Positions 30,993-47,690 of a stretch of DNA of 64,000 nucleotides are shown one piece after another. Below the pieces are notes generated by a model, which ran no database searches, had not been told where the DNA came from, and was given only the letters and a program-made list of their open reading frames with translations. The stretch comes from the human T2T-CHM13v2.0 reference genome, Homo sapiens, in the NCBI RefSeq assembly GCF_009914755.1, contig NC_060931.1; one strand, written 5' to 3'. The position numbers and the translations under genes are program-made. The first letter of the stretch is position 1, and each line of letters opens with the position of its first letter.

Positions 30993-32291
30993 TGAGTAGC
31001 TGGGACTACAGGCATGCACCACCACGCCTGGCTAATTTTGTATTTTTAGTAGAGACGGGGTTTCTCAATGTTGCTCAGGCTGGTCTCGAACTCCCGACCT
31101 CAGGTGATCCACCCGCCTCAGCCTCCCAAAGTGCCGGGATTACAGGCATGAGCTACTGCGCCCAGCCCACTGTGTTTCTTCTTTCAGAACTTTCTGTTCC
31201 AAGTACCACTCCTAGGCCAGGCGCCTCAGGAGTGGTGCTGAGGGACAGGAGCTGAGCTCCATCCGGTTCCAAGCCCCTCTGAAAGGCAGCTGTGGCCCGA
31301 GGCAGAGTCACAGCAGTGGCCGCTCAGTGCAGCCCCTCAGCACAGTTGTTGGCCCCACCGCCCATCTGCCAGCCTGGCCTTCTTTTCCCCAGCTCCACAC
31401 AGGGGCCTCTTCACATGAGTCCCCTTTATGCTGCAGTGAGACTGACAATGGAGAGCTGTGGCTGGATGCTGAGGACTTGGGTACTGAGCAGTGGGGGCGA
31501 GCAAGGGCCGCCTCCCCGACGGAAGACTGGGGTGTTGGTTTTCTGATGGAGGCAGGGACAGGTGGCAGAGTGGCAGAAGCCCCCTTCCTCTGAGTGCCCA
31601 GATTCCACAAGGAGTCCAGGTCAGGGGCTGGTGGGCTGGGGTGCTGCTTCAGCCCTGTGGCCAAAACAGCCCGCTGTAGACTTACCTGGGTTTCACCAGA
31701 GGATCCTGTTTACTTAAACTATGGTCTTGTTCTTCCAAAAAAAGAACTTGAAAAAGTAAAATAAACACAAGCCACTGTTCTAGGGCTTTCTGGCTGGCCA
31801 AGTGTTGGGCCGCACCAGGCCTGGGGGACAAGACCCTTCTTTCTGGGGGGCTCTGGGCCAGAAGGGTGTGACTCAAGTGCATAGTCTCCTGCCCTCTTCC
31901 CCCACCAGAGTGTACCAGCCCAGAGGCCCCCCTGAAGTCCCCAAACAGTAGCAGAGCCACGTCTGCTCATCGCAGGGTCTGTCATGCTCACTTAGCAGAA
32001 TAACGAGACTCATTCACACCGATTTCTTTTTCTTGATTGGCAAACGTGTGTTGGATTTGCAGAACATATTATAAATAGACATACAGATGTAACCTCGGTG
32101 TCAACAGCAGCTGGTTCTACCTTCATGAGGGAGCCAAATTTTCCCTGTCCAGAGCTGTCAAGGAAGGGTTTCTGAGGTGTGTCCCTATATGGCATGGTGG
32201 CAGGTCCTTCGTGGGAGGGTTGCCACATATGTGAGTGTGCAGGGGCGAGCGTGGCGCAGTGGCATCGTCTCACTGTCCTCCTCCGTTGCAG

Positions 32292-32342
32292 GGCCGCATC
32301 ATCGAGTGCACACACTGTGGCTGTCGTGGCTGCTCTGGCTGA
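32292..32342 (+). CDS. BUD31: BUD31 last coding exon (GRIIECTHCGCRGCSG*)
   Basis: ttgcag|GGC...TGA; total 435 nt = 144 aa + stop. Confidence 0.97.
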   Translation, partial: GRIIECTHCGCRGCSG

Positions 32343-32494
32343 GGCTGGCGCGCTCCACCCTGGACTCTGGACTTCGCAGGTTCCTGCCTGTCACGCCACC
32401 CCCTTCCTGGGAGCAGCGAGCAGTGCCCCAGGCCCGAGTTGGAGCACGGTCTCTATGGGGAAGGCTTCGCTGTCTATCAGCTGTGATTTGTAAA

Positions 32495-32500
32495 AATAAA
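32495..32500 (+). terminator. BUD31: BUD31 poly(A) signal AATAAA
   Basis: AATAAA about 150 nt after the stop codon. Confidence 0.85.
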
Positions 32501-32610
32501 ATCTTTAAATCTCTCGAGCCCCACGTCTCTTCTTTCAGAGCATCGGCCTATGGAACCCGGCGGGGCGGCCCAGGCCCCAGGGACCAGATGCCCCAGCCCC
32601 CTTGTGGTGT

Positions 32611-32690
32611 GTGAGGTGACACACAAAGGTAGCTGGAGCTGGAAGTCCCGTGAAGGTGACACGCAAAGGTGGCTGGAGCTGCACTTGGAC
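32611..32690. repeat. 40-bp-period tandem duplication in the PTCD1 3'UTR
   Basis: aggtgacacacaaaggtagctggagctg / aggtgacacgcaaaggtggctggagctg. Confidence 0.85.
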
Positions 32691-32867
32691 CTGCTGGGAG
32701 CACAGGCACCTTGGGCCTAGTGTGTGTCCTCACCAACACCTGTGACACGCTGCGGCTGTTCCTCAGGGCCTGGCTCTTCCCCCAGGCAGGAGGTGACACC
32801 AGCTCACTTGTCCTGGGGCTCCCACAGAGCACTGGGGGCCGAGCACATTGTTCCAGCTGTGCTCCCA

Positions 32868-33050
32868 TCACCTGCCCCCAAGGGCACATCCGTCATCAGC
32901 CTCCTTGCCGGTGTCCTGGTCCCCCTGGGGCTTGGTCCGGAACTTCTGCCAGGGGTGCGGGGTTTCCTCTGCGGGCATCACTGTCAGCCACTGCTTGTAA
33001 TAGGCTCGGAAGCCGTCAATCTTCTCCAGGTAGGTGTTCTTCCCTTGGTA
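32868..33050 (-). CDS. PTCD1: PTCD1 last coding exon
   Basis: ttctag|[22 protein letters not shown]...CALGGR*; seven coding exons sum to 2103 nt = 700 aa + stop. Confidence 0.96.
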   Translation of the reverse strand, partial: YQGKNTYLEKIDGFRAYYKQWLTVMPAEETPHPWQKFRTKPQGDQDTGKEADDGCALGGR

Positions 33051-33430
33051 CTAGAATTAGAAAAGTGAGGCTAGAATCACTCCTGTTACCTACAGCTAAT
33101 CCCAAACCTCGGCAGCTGGCTCAGGCCTCAGGGAAGCTGGTGGCTGCCATTTTCCCTTCCAGGTGGCTGCAGAGGACAGGGCAGAAAAGCTGTGAACACG
33201 CACTATGGGACTAGCTTACTTCAGAGAAACAGGTCCCCGCTGGGTACCCTGGGGCAGGCCCAGAGCCATCTGCCCAATGGCGTTCTTCCCAAATAGGCAC
33301 CACTGTGCTCCTCCATCCGCAGTTGCCACCCCAGGCCCCCAAGCCAGAATCACTGGGTCCCACCAGCTCTGCCTCCACAGCCTGCCGAGCCCCTCCCCAT
33401 CAAAGCCACCTCCCTCTGACCATTATCTCA

Positions 33431-34851
<1,421 letters not shown>

Positions 34852-35400
34852 TCTGTGACTTAAATATGATATGCTTTAGGTCTATGATAGTCTTGTGACT
34901 GTCGAGTTGAACCCCTAGTGAGCCCTACGCCAGAGGGAAGAGACAATCCACTAGGAAGATATGCACAACATGTGATCAACAAAAAACCAGTACCCAGAAT
35001 ATATAAAAAACCCTGGAATCAATGAGAAAAGGCTTGCAACCAACAGTTCAAAGCACAGACACAGTTCAAAAATGCCCAGCTATGCCTTCAGCCAGACACA
35101 ATTTCCATTGCTGTCCCACCTATTTGTAGGAAGCCCTCAAAATGGCATTCAGGCGTGACACCTGCACGGCGTTCCTGACCCCGCACCCTCTAGCTGTGTG
35201 TGTCCCTGCCCATTTACTTGTTTCCGCCCCATCCGGGCTGTGCTTCAAGCCATAGTGGCTCTCGATGCTCCGGAGATGCTCAGCACAGAGTGTGATTCGA
35301 TGGACCCAAAAGCCAAACCCCAGAGCCTGATAGCCTCAGAACAGCAGGGAGAGGCTGTGGCCGTGACAAAGCAGATTCCATGACTCTGCCCTGCTCCTGC

Positions 35401-36092
35401 TGATACAGGAGGTTGAAAGAAATTATTTAGGCAGATAATAAGGGCAACAGAGTCCTTGGCGAAATTTCCCTTTTAATAAAAAGCAGCCCCCAAATAATTT
35501 CTTTTCTAACAAAGAGCAGCCTGAAAAATCGAGCTGCAGACATAGATAAGCAAACTGGAAGCTTGCAGGGGTAAATGCTGGCGGCTGTGCCAACAGAAAA
35601 GGGCTACCTGGGAGCCAGATATGTTCAACGTGGGGGCCCCATCTTCCCTTCTTTGTTGCCATGTGTACAGTAAAGAACCAGGCAACATGGCGATGGCCAC
35701 CTGTCTGCATAATAAAAGGTTAGGGTGGGGCACCAGCTTTTATACATGCTATGTAAATGGCACACCTGGTCCAACTAATCTTTTGCGTCCTCTGTAAATC
35801 AGACACCACCTCCCCAAGCTCATCTACAAAACCTCTGCATTACACTATGGAAGTGGCAACCCACTTCTCTGGCACCTCTCTCTGCAAGGAGAGAGCTCTT
35901 CTCTTTTTTTTTTTTTCACCACCACACCGGGCGAGAGCTCTTCTTTCTTTCGCCTATTAAACTTCAGCTCTTAACCTCTTTTTTTTTTTTTTGAGACCAA
36001 GTCTCCATCTATCGCCCAGGCTGGAGTGCAGTGGCGCGATCTTGGCTCACAACAAATCTCAGGTATTCACCCCAGACAATGACACCACTTCA
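35401..36092 (+). mobile_element. ERV1-class solo LTR (LTR9-like) containing an Alu fragment
   Basis: TGATACAGGAG...ACCACTTCA with perfect 4-bp TSD ctgc/ctgc; ATTAAA near 35956; Alu piece about 35977-36050. Confidence 0.8.
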
Positions 36093-36675
36093 CTGCCTGC
36101 CCAGTCCCTGAGCAAGCGACAACCTGTTTGGAGTACCCAGCAACGTGCAGGTGCTGGGGACCCAGATGAGCACAGCAGACAGCCTCTGCCTCCAGAAGCC
36201 TGATACAGGGAAGGCCAGGGCTGCCCATGAGCACATGATCCAAGACTGTAGGACACGGCATAAAGGAACAGAGTGGGAAGGGGGAGGGGAGACTTTCATC
36301 CCAGGTCAGAGCGGCAGCCAGCTGGGCATGTCTGAGGGCCACTTAAGCAGAGACCTCCAGGAAAAGTGGGTGCCACCTGAGGCAGCGGGAACACCAATCC
36401 CGAAGCAGGCAAGAGGTTGGTGGCCTCTGCGAACTGACAGAAGGCCACTGGGACAGACAGAGAAAGCAAACGCAAGGCTGAGACATGAGATGAGCCACGC
36501 AGACAGGGACTCGCAGGCTGTGGTCTACAGACTTGGGTACTGCTCCTAAGGGAAGCTGCTGGACAGTTTCAAGCATGGCAACACAATCCCAAGGGCCAGA
36601 ACCGGGGTTGGGTGGTGGGGGGAGGGGGTAGCAATGGTGAAGGAGCTGATGAGCTTTTGAGCTTGGGGCACACAC

Positions 36676-36858
36676 CCGGTCAAAGGTGGGAGGGTACTGG
36701 GCTGCAAACTCCAGCTGGCGGATGACCACTTCGTTCACCGGGACCCTGTTCTGCTTCATGTCCTTCAAGATGCTGATGAGATAGGTGTAGTTCAGCTTCC
36801 TGATGGCCGCGTTGATGAGGGCACTGTAGATGTGAGTGTTGGGGGTCACCTGGGACTT
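36676..36858 (-). CDS. PTCD1: PTCD1 exon 7 (PPR motif)
   Basis: ttctag|[24 protein letters not shown]...PPTFDR|gtgtgt. Confidence 0.96.
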
Positions 36859-37695
36859 CTAGAACACAGGGACATCGTAGAATCAAGATGATGGCAGCCA
36901 TTGGGACCCAGCAGCTCCCACCCTCTGTCAATCAAGCTGGCTCCCGGGACCAGCGGCCAGGGCCAGCAAGGCAAACTTGGCAGCAACAATGTGCTGAATA
37001 TCCCTCTCCAGCAGGAAAGCCAAGCCCAGCCCCTCTGCTCAGCCCTAAAGAAGCTGCGGAAAAGGACGCTCGTGCTGCTCTCAGACACCGACTGACTCAG
37101 GCAGAAAATGATGTGGGAGACACCACCTCCTTGCTCCCTGGGGTGGGCTTCCTGTGACGCACGGTCACCAGGTGGTGGTTGGCCTAGAAAAGTGCAAGCC
37201 TTGGCTGGGTGAGCCCGGTAGGGTCCAGGAAAACAGCCAGAGGATGATGGACCTGGGGACACCGACAACCCAGGACGCAGCCTCTGCTGTGGTCGGATGA
37301 AATCCACGCAGCACTTCCAATGGGGGTTAGGTGGGAGGCACAGACCTCGGGGGCTTTGAAAACTGCCCACGGCCCCTCAGGAATTCTGAGAATCCCTGCC
37401 ATACCTCTAGAGTGTTGGGGCCGAGGCCTGTGCCCAGCCCTGTGTCAACCCACGGCCACCTTCTTCCGGATGGGAACATCCGTGTGTCTCTACGCCCAGC
37501 CCTGAAGCACTCACTGGGGTCTGCTTCCCCCAAAATGGGACCAAAGACCAGAAGGTCATTGACCCCACTCTCTTTGCCCCATGCACAGTTCATCCTCTCC
37601 AGGTGGGGGGTCTGCAGACCCCTCAAACTTTCCTCCTGAGCTGCAGAGTGCTCCTGAGCACCATGGGTGTCCTGCCCAGGCCCGAGTCCACTCAC

Positions 37696-38517
37696 CTTCA
37701 TGTCTGTGAGAAGCTGTAGACCGTCCTTCGGCCTGTGGCACCCGATGGCCAGGTTGCAGAATGTCTGCAGGTTGGGGACGAGGCCCCTCTTTGCCAGGAC
37801 CGGCAACAGCGCCTTGGCCCCCTCCAGGTCTCCCAGCTTGCTCTTCTTTCTCACCAGCGTGTTAAAGAATGTCAGGTCGGCCTCTACCTGGTGCTCATCC
37901 AGGAGGGCCAGCAGCAAGGACTCTGCAGGACTCCCGGACTCCACCACCTCGGCCAGTAGCGTGAGGGTCCTGATGTCGGGCTGCTGCCTGTGCTCTGCCA
38001 TCTTGCTCAGGAAGCCCTCCAGGCCCCCTATCAAGGCCAGCCGGTCAGCTGGGGTGGTCACCGTTCCAAAGGAGACCACTGTAGGGGGAACGGCCCCGGG
38101 GGTCAGGAGGTTGACTTCCAGCTCCACGGGAGGTGGCTTCAGGGCCACTGCGGTGAGGGCTGCTGTGTGGCTGGGCTCTGCCTTAGTATCCACCTCTGGT
38201 TGGGCCTTGCCGGGCACTCTGGCTTCCGGAGGCTCTGGAGGCCCAAGTGCCTGAGAAGGTTCCAGAAACAGCTGCCTCTCCAGGGCCTCCACATGCAGCA
38301 TGGCTGACATGAGGTTGCCTGCCTTGGCCTGGGCTGTCCTCCTTGGCCGCTGCCTGCTCACTGGGGGCTGAAGCACAGTCGCCTCCTCCCTGGGCTTCAG
38401 AAGCAGCTCTGAGGCCACCTGGGGGTCCCCTAGGCCACAGTCCCGAGCTGCCACCAACAGCAGGTTGTAGCTGTCCCGGCTCGGCTGTAGCCCTAGACTC
38501 AGCATCAGCCGCCACAC
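37696..38517 (-). CDS. PTCD1: PTCD1 exon 6
   Basis: ggcag|VWRLMLSLGLQPSRDSYNLLL...LLTDMK|gtgagt; core of ORF 37327..38535. Confidence 0.97.
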
Positions 38518-38999
38518 CTGCCAGGGAAGAGACAAACGTCAGCTGGGTGCTCCCATTCAGCAGCTGGGCGCAGGGCTCACGCCTGGAATCCCAGCACCTT
38601 GGGAGTTTTAGATGGGAGGATCCCTTGAGATCAGGAGTTCGAGACAAGACCGGGCAACATAGCAAGACCCTGCCTCAAAAAAATACGCCAGGCGCGGTGG
38701 CTCACGCCTGTAATCCCAACACTTTAGGAAGCTAAGGCAGGCAGACTCCTTGAGATCAGGAGTTCGAGACCAGCCCGACCAACATGGTGAAACCCCATCT
38801 CTACTAAAAATACAAAAATTATTGGGTGTGGTATTGCATGCCCACAGTCCCAGCTACTCAGGAGGCTGAAGTGGGAGAATCACTTGAACCCAGAGATCGA
38901 GGTTGCAGTGAGCCGTGATCATGCCACAGCACTCCAGCCTGGGTGACAGAGCGAGAGTGTCTCAAAACAACTGTAAAACATTTAAAAAATTGGCCGGGC

Positions 39000-41018
39000 C
39001 TCTCCCTCTCCCTCTCCCTCTCCCCCTCCCTCTCCCCATGGTCTCCCTCTCCCTCTCCCTCTCCCTCTCCCCACGGTCTCCCTCTCCCTCTCCCCACGGT
39101 CTCCCTCTCCCTCTTTCCACAGTCTCCCTCTGATGCCCAGCTGAAGCTGGACTGTAACTGCTGCCATCTCGGCTCACTGCAACCTCCCTGCCTGATTCTC
39201 CTGCCTCAGCCTGCCGAGTACCTGCGATTGCAGGCGCGCGCCACCACGCCTGACTGGTTTTTGTATTATTTTGGTGGAGACGGGGTTTCGCTGTGTTGGC
39301 CAGGCTGGTCTCCAGCTCCTAACCGCGAGTGATCCACCAACCTCGGCCTCCCGAGGTGCCGGGATTGCAGACGGAGTCTCGTTCACTCAGTGCTCAATGG
39401 TGCCCAGGCTGGAGTGCAGTGGCGTGATCTCGGCTCGCTACAACCTCCACCTCCCAGCCGCCTGCCTTGGCCTCCCAAAGTGCCAAGACGGCCGCCACCC
39501 CGTCTGGGAAGTGAGGAGCGTCTCTGCCTGGCCGCCCATCGTCTGGGATGTGAGGAGCCCCTCTGCCTGGCTGCCCAGTCTGGAAAGTGAGGAGCGTCTC
39601 TGCCCAGCCGCCATCCCATCTAGGAAGTGAGGAGCGCCTCTTCCCGGCCGCCATCCCATCTAGGAAGTGAGGAGCATCTCTGCCCGGCCGCCCATCGTCT
39701 GAGATGTGGGGAGCGCCTCTGCCCCGCCGCCCCGTCTGGGATGTGAGGAGCGCCTCTGCCCGGCCGCGACCCCGTCTGGGAGGTGAGGAGCGTCTCTGCC
39801 CGGCCGCCCCGTCTGAGAAATGAGGAGACCCTCTGCCTGGCAACCGCCCCATCTGAGAAGTGAGGAGCCCCTCCGCCTGGCAGCCGCCCCGTCTGAGAAG
39901 TGAGGAGCCCCTCCGCCCGGGAGTCACCCTGTCTGGGAAGTGAGGAGCGTCTCCGCCCGGCAGCCACCCCGTCCGGGAGGGAGGTGGGGGTCAGCCCCCG
40001 CCAGGCCAGCCGCCCCGTCCGGGAGGGAGGTGGGGGTCAGCCCCCCACCCGGCCAGCCGCCCCGTCCGGGAGGGAGGTGGGGGTGGTCAGCCCCCTGCCC
40101 GGCCAGCCGCCCCGTCCGGGAGGTGAGGGGCACCTCTGCCCGGCTGCCCCTACTGGGAAGTGAGGAGCCCCTCTGCCCGGCTAGCACCCCGTCCAGGAGG
40201 GAGGTGGGGGGGTCAGCCCCCCGCCCGGCCAGCCGCCCCGTCCGGGAGGGAGGTGGGGGGTCAGCCCCCCGCCCGGCCAGCCGCCCCGTCCGGGAGGTGA
40301 GGGGCGCCTCTGCCCGGCCGCCCCTACTGGGAAGTGAGGAGCCCCTCTGCCAGGCCAGCCGCCCCGTCCGGGAGGGAGGTGGGGGGGGTCAGCCCCCCGC
40401 CCAGCCAGCCGCCCCGTCCGGGAGGTGAGCGGCGCCTCTGCCCGGCCGCCCCTGCTGGGAAGTGAGGAGCCCCTCTGCCCGGCCACCACCCCGTCTGGGA
40501 GGTGTGCCCAGCGGCTCATTGAGAACGGGCCATGATGACAGTGGCGGTTTTGTGGAATAGAAAGGGGGGAAAGGTGGGGAAAAGATTGAGAAATCGGATG
40601 GTTGCCGTGTCTGTGTAGAAAGAAGTAGACATGGGAGACTTTTCATTTTGTTCTGTACTAAGAAAAATTCTTCTGCCTTGGGATCCTGTTGATCTGTGAC
40701 CTTACCCCCAACCCTGTGCTCTCTGAAACATGTGCTGTGTCCACTCAGGGTTAAATGGATTAAGGGTGGTGCAAGATGTGCTTTGTTAAACAGATGCTTG
40801 AAGGCAGCATGCTCCTTAAGAGTCATCACCACTCCCTAATCTCAAGTACCCAGGGGCACAAACACTGCAGAAGGCCGCAGGGTCGTCTGCCTAGGAAAAC
40901 CAGAGACCTTTGTTCACTTGTTTATCTGCTGACCTTCCCTCCACTATTGTCCTATGACCCTGCCAAATCTCCCTCTGCAAGAAACACCCAAGAATGATCA
41001 ATAAAAAAAAAAAAAAAA
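39000..41018 (+). mobile_element. Full-length SVA retrotransposon, antisense in PTCD1 intron 5
   Basis: (CCCTCT)n head, antisense Alu-like region, GC-rich VNTR about 39490-40500, SINE-R, AATAAA + poly(A); 16-bp TSD aaaaaattggccgggc at 38984-38999 and 41013-41028. Confidence 0.97.
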
Positions 41019-41039
41019 TTGGCCGGGCGCGGTGGCTCA

Positions 41040-41321
<282 letters not shown>

Positions 41322-42003
41322 TTAAAAACATTAAAAAGAAAAAGAAAAAAAAAGCTCTCCAGCGGGGAGCTGTGGTTCACACCTGTAATCCCAGCACTTT
41401 GGGAGGCCCAGGCGGGCAGATCACATGAGGCCAGGAGTTCAAGACCAGCCTGGTCAACATGGTGAAACCCCGTCTCTACTAAAAATACAAAATTAGCTGG
41501 GCGTGGTGGCGGGCGCCTGTAATCTCAACTACTCGGGAGGCTGAGGCAGGAGTATCGCGTGAACCTGGGAGGCGGAGGTTGCAGTGAGCCAAGATCGCTC
41601 ACTCCAGCCTGGGCAAGAGTGAGACTCCATCTCAAAATAAATGAATGAATGAATGAATGAATGACTCCTGGGTTGCACCTGCAGAAGTGCTAATGGGGGT
41701 GTGGGAGGGTTGAACAAGTCCCCAGGTGAGTGTGTGGCAGGCTTTCAAGGAAGGTGAGTTTAGAGGGGCTAAGCCGACTGCAAAGCAGGGTGGGAGGGGC
41801 GGGGGCCACCCTCATTCCATCTCCAAGGGCCTCCTCTCCCTGCCATCTGTAGAATGGAGGCTACAGTGGCTGCTGGGTTTTCAGAAAAGAGCACAGATAT
41901 AAAAATACTCAGCACAGGGCCATCGTGGGTGCTCACAGGATCACCATTTTGCACCTCTGGCACCGGGGAAGCAGGGCAGGAAGGTGGGGTGGGAGGGACA
42001 TAC

Positions 42004-42105
42004 CTGGAGGGCGTACCGGAAGCCTGTCTTCTTGTCTTGGATGCAGCCCATGAGCAGGAAACTGAAGGTCTCCTCTGTGACCACGTGCCCTTTGTGGATG
42101 ATTTC
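42004..42105 (-). CDS. PTCD1: PTCD1 exon 5
   Basis: cccag|EIIHKGHVVTEETFSFLLMGCIQDKKTGFRYALQ|gtatgt. Confidence 0.96.
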
Positions 42106-42488
42106 CTGGGGGAGGGAACAAAGACGTCCCACTGAGAACCTGCAGCAGGCTGGGCATGGTAGCTCATGTCTGTAATCCTGGCACATTGGGAGGCCAAGGC
42201 AGGATGATCACTTGAGGCCAGGAGTTTTGTGACCAGCCTGGGCAACATAGCAAGACCCTGTCTCTAGGAAGCCTTCCCTCGAGTGCACAAAGCAGGACAC
42301 AGCACACGGTGGCATACACAATCTCCAGTAAGGTCTCATCAGATCCATCTGTGAACCCCAGGGCCCAATACCGGCTGTCTCATCCTCCCTAAGCCTTCCT
42401 ACATGAGGAGAGACAGACACCACAGCCCTGCCCCTGACACGTGGGACCAGCCCCATGAAGGGGAGCAGGACGGCAGGGGAAGCCCCAC

Positions 42489-42707
42489 CTTGAACACATC
42501 GAGGCACATCCTAAGGTCTGCGCACTTGGCAGCCATCTTCAGCAGCGCGTGGTATGTTTTCAAGTTGAGCTCGAAGTTTTTGGCCTGCAGCTGCTGCCGG
42601 AGCTTCAGGGCGCTCTGTAGAGCTGAGTCCTTCCAGGGGGACTCGGCACAGACGTTGAACAGGGCCGTGTAGGTGGCGTCCGAGGGCTCCAGGTCCCGCT
42701 TTTTCAT
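42489..42707 (-). CDS. PTCD1: PTCD1 exon 4 (PPR motifs)
   Basis: cacag|[22 protein letters not shown]...CLDVFK|gtgggg. Confidence 0.96.
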
Positions 42708-43809
42708 CTGTGGAGATGGAAGAAGCTCAGTGGTGGCCCGGGATCAGCTGGACGCACAGGTGAGCAGCTGCCCCAGAGGAGGCTGAGGCTGGAGAGGACC
42801 CCGTCACTGCATCCACCAGGCCAGGCTCTAAGGCAGAGCCATGGACACATCAGAGCCCAGCTCTCCAAACTCAGACACATTGAAGGGACTCTGAAAACTG
42901 AGCCCACACACCCAGATGTACCAAACAGGAGCTACCCTGCCCTGGGCACTTGTCAGCCCACTCCAGGCCTGGGGTCCTGGCAGCAAGGTCTTCCTGATGT
43001 CCCCACCTTCAGGCCACCCCGTCAAGGGGAAAGGGCCTGTAGTGCTTACTACCTGAGGGCTCCCGGGCAAGTTAGCACTTCCTCGCGAAAATGGGGATGA
43101 CACCATCACCTTGAAACCAGGCATGCCTGTGGCAAGTGGGAGGATGCACTGCAGTGCTCTAGGGGTGGCCCCGAACCAGTGGCACAATGCACATTCTCAG
43201 GGCCACCTGATCTGGTAAGTCACAAGCCCCGGAGCTGAGTGACACTCAGCTTACTGAGCCTCCAGGGGACTAAGGCATGTGCTCAGGGTTGACAATCCGT
43301 GGTGAAGCCTAGCACTCGCTATTGGCCAGAGAAGGGCCATCTGGACAAAGGCAGGCGATAGGCAGCTCAGCGGCAGAAAGAACCCTGCTAGAGTCAGGCC
43401 ATCTGGGGCTCAAATCCCAGCCCCGGTGCATTCAAGTGGGGTGGCCTTGGACATGTCCCTTCATCTCTCTGTGCCTCAGTTTCCTTATCTGAAAAGCAAA
43501 GAGGGCAGTCCCTACTTTGAGGATGATGTAAGCTCTGCGTGTATTGCTGCACTCCACAGAGGTGCACTGACAACTCACTACCTGCCCAGCAGCAGCCCTG
43601 GGGTTAGCAGAGCGGGCACAGCCTATCCTTACTGAGCTTACACTCAAGAAGGGAGACACACTGCAGGTGAGTCACCAAAAACAGTAACAAGGCTGGGTGC
43701 CGTGGCTCACGCCTATAATCCCAGCACTTTGGAAGGCTGAGGTGGGCAGATCACCTGAGGTCAGGAGTTCGAGACCAGCCTGGCCAACATGGCGAAACCC
43801 CGTCTTCTA

Positions 43810-44127
<318 letters not shown>

Positions 44128-44251
44128 TCAAGTGATTCCCTTGCCTCAGCCTCCTGAGTAGCTGGGACTACAGGTACGTGCCACCACGCCCAGCTAAATT
44201 TTGTATTTTTAGTAGAGACAGGGTTTCACCATGTTGGCCAGGATGGTCTCA

Positions 44252-45670
<1,419 letters not shown>

Positions 45671-46178
45671 GAGGAGCAGATGCGGTGGCTGGGCTGTGAC
45701 CTGTAATCCCAGCACTTTGGGAGGCTGAGGCGGATGGCCAGGGGTTAGAGACCAGCCTAGACAAAGCAGCACAATCCCACCTCTACAAAAAACTTAAAAA
45801 TTAGCCAGATATGGTGCTACACACCTGTGCTCACAGCTACTGGCGAGGCTGAGGCAGGAGGAACTCTTGAGCCAAGGAGTTGGAGGCTGCAGTGAGCTAT
45901 GACTGCACTCCAGCCTAGGTGACAGAGTGAGGCTCCCTCTGTTTTTTTTTGAAGGGAAAAGAAAGGGAACATGGGGACCGCCACAGTCCAGGCAGGTGCT
46001 AAAGGGCTTTCCATGTCATCTCGTTTATCACCCACAATCACCACCATTTTAAGGAGATGACTCTGAGGCCAGGGAGGTGAAGTCACCTGCCCAGTGTAAA
46101 GCACTAGCAAGTGGCACACTTGGGATCCGCCCCCAGCTTTTCAGAGCCTCACCCCGGCTGCCCTGCGCCCACATGCAC

Positions 46179-46319
46179 CTGGTTGTAGAGGTTGAAGGCC
46201 TTCTTCAGGTAGCCAACCCGCCCGCAGCCCCCAATCAGCACCGTGTAGTTGCTCTCCATGGGCTGCAATCGCTCCTCCTTCAGCATCTGCCTCTCAAACA
46301 GGTCCAGGGCTTCAACCAG
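46179..46319 (-). CDS. PTCD1: PTCD1 exon 3 (PPR motif)
   Basis: ctgcag|[47 protein letters not shown]|gtgcat. Confidence 0.96.
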
Positions 46320-47163
46320 CTGCAGGGAAGAGGCAACAGGGCAGGGGCTCAGAATGGCCCCAGAGACCCTCAGCAGAGAGAGGGAGGTTGAAGCTGAGGG
46401 ACCCTCCTAAAATGGTGGAGAACGGCGGCCCTGGGTGACTGCAAACCCCCTGGGCCCCCAGCTGTTTCTGCCCCATCCCTCACCTCACACCATTTCCCCG
46501 GTGAAGCCTCAGTTCATTCCTTTATTCCTTCATTATTTTCATCTGTTCATTCAAACAATAATTACTGAGTGCTTCAATGAGCCAGACAAGGTCTATCCAC
46601 TGCATATACGGCTGGGAACAAGAGAGAGCTCCTTCTTGGAGCTCATGTTTTGGTGTGGAAAGTCAGACATGAGGCCAGGCGCAGTGGCTCACGCCTGTAA
46701 TCCCAGCACTTTGGGAGGCTGAGGCGGGCAGATCACAAGGTCAGGAATTCGAGACCAGCCTGGCCAACATGGTGAAACCCCGTCTCTACTAAAAATACAA
46801 AAATTAGCCAGGCATGGTGGCACACACCTGTAATCCCAGCTACTTGGAAGGCTAAGGCAGAAGAATTGCTTGAACCCGGGAGGCAGAGGCTACGGTGAGC
46901 CAAGATTTCACCACTGCACTCCAGCCTGGGTGACGGTACAAGACTCCATCTCAAAAAAAAAAAAAAAACAAAAAAACAAACCAGACAGACATGAAATGGG
47001 ATAATTAAGAAAGACACACAGTATATCAAGTGATGACAGGTGGTACGAACAAAACTAAAGCAGCGGCCAGGTGTAATGGCTCATGTTTGTAGTCCCAGCA
47101 TTTCGGGAGACCAAGGCGGGCGGATCACCTGAGGTCTGGAGTTTGAGACCAGCCTGGCCATCA

Positions 47164-47358
<195 letters not shown>

Positions 47359-47690
47359 CTAAAGCAGGGAGTGCTAGAAGGGTGTGGAGGATTCACTTTT
47401 CTTTTTCCTTTTTTTTTTTTTGAGACAGACTCTTGTTCTGTGACTCAGGCTGGAGTCTAGTGGTAAGATCAGCTCAGTGCAACCTCCGTCTCTACAAAAA
47501 AAAAAAAATACAATAAAATAAAACTGCGGTGGAGGATGGCAAAGGGTTGCGATACTTACAGCCATAAGGCTGGCAGTTCAACAGGGTAGGCCCAAAACTT
47601 AGAGGCTGGGAAAGTCAGGTGACCCCTTGCAAAACACTGAGCCACCAGGGGAAAGAAGCCAGGAGCCACAGAACCCAAAGTGCCCCTTAC

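Noticed and set aside
37327-38535. 402-aa ORF as a stand-alone gene
   Set aside because: It is PTCD1 exon 6 plus intronic run-on
39394-40832. Long Arg/Pro/Gly-rich ORFs and a repeat-spacer-like array
   Set aside because: This is the SVA VNTR: tandem GC-rich units without unique spacers. There are no cas genes and the context is eukaryotic, so it is neither CRISPR nor coding
47395-47520. Chimeric or inverted Alu junction; also an internally deleted Alu at 14888-15150 and a small duplication at 60700-60740
   Set aside because: Routine Alu decay or rearrangement without an evident functional consequence
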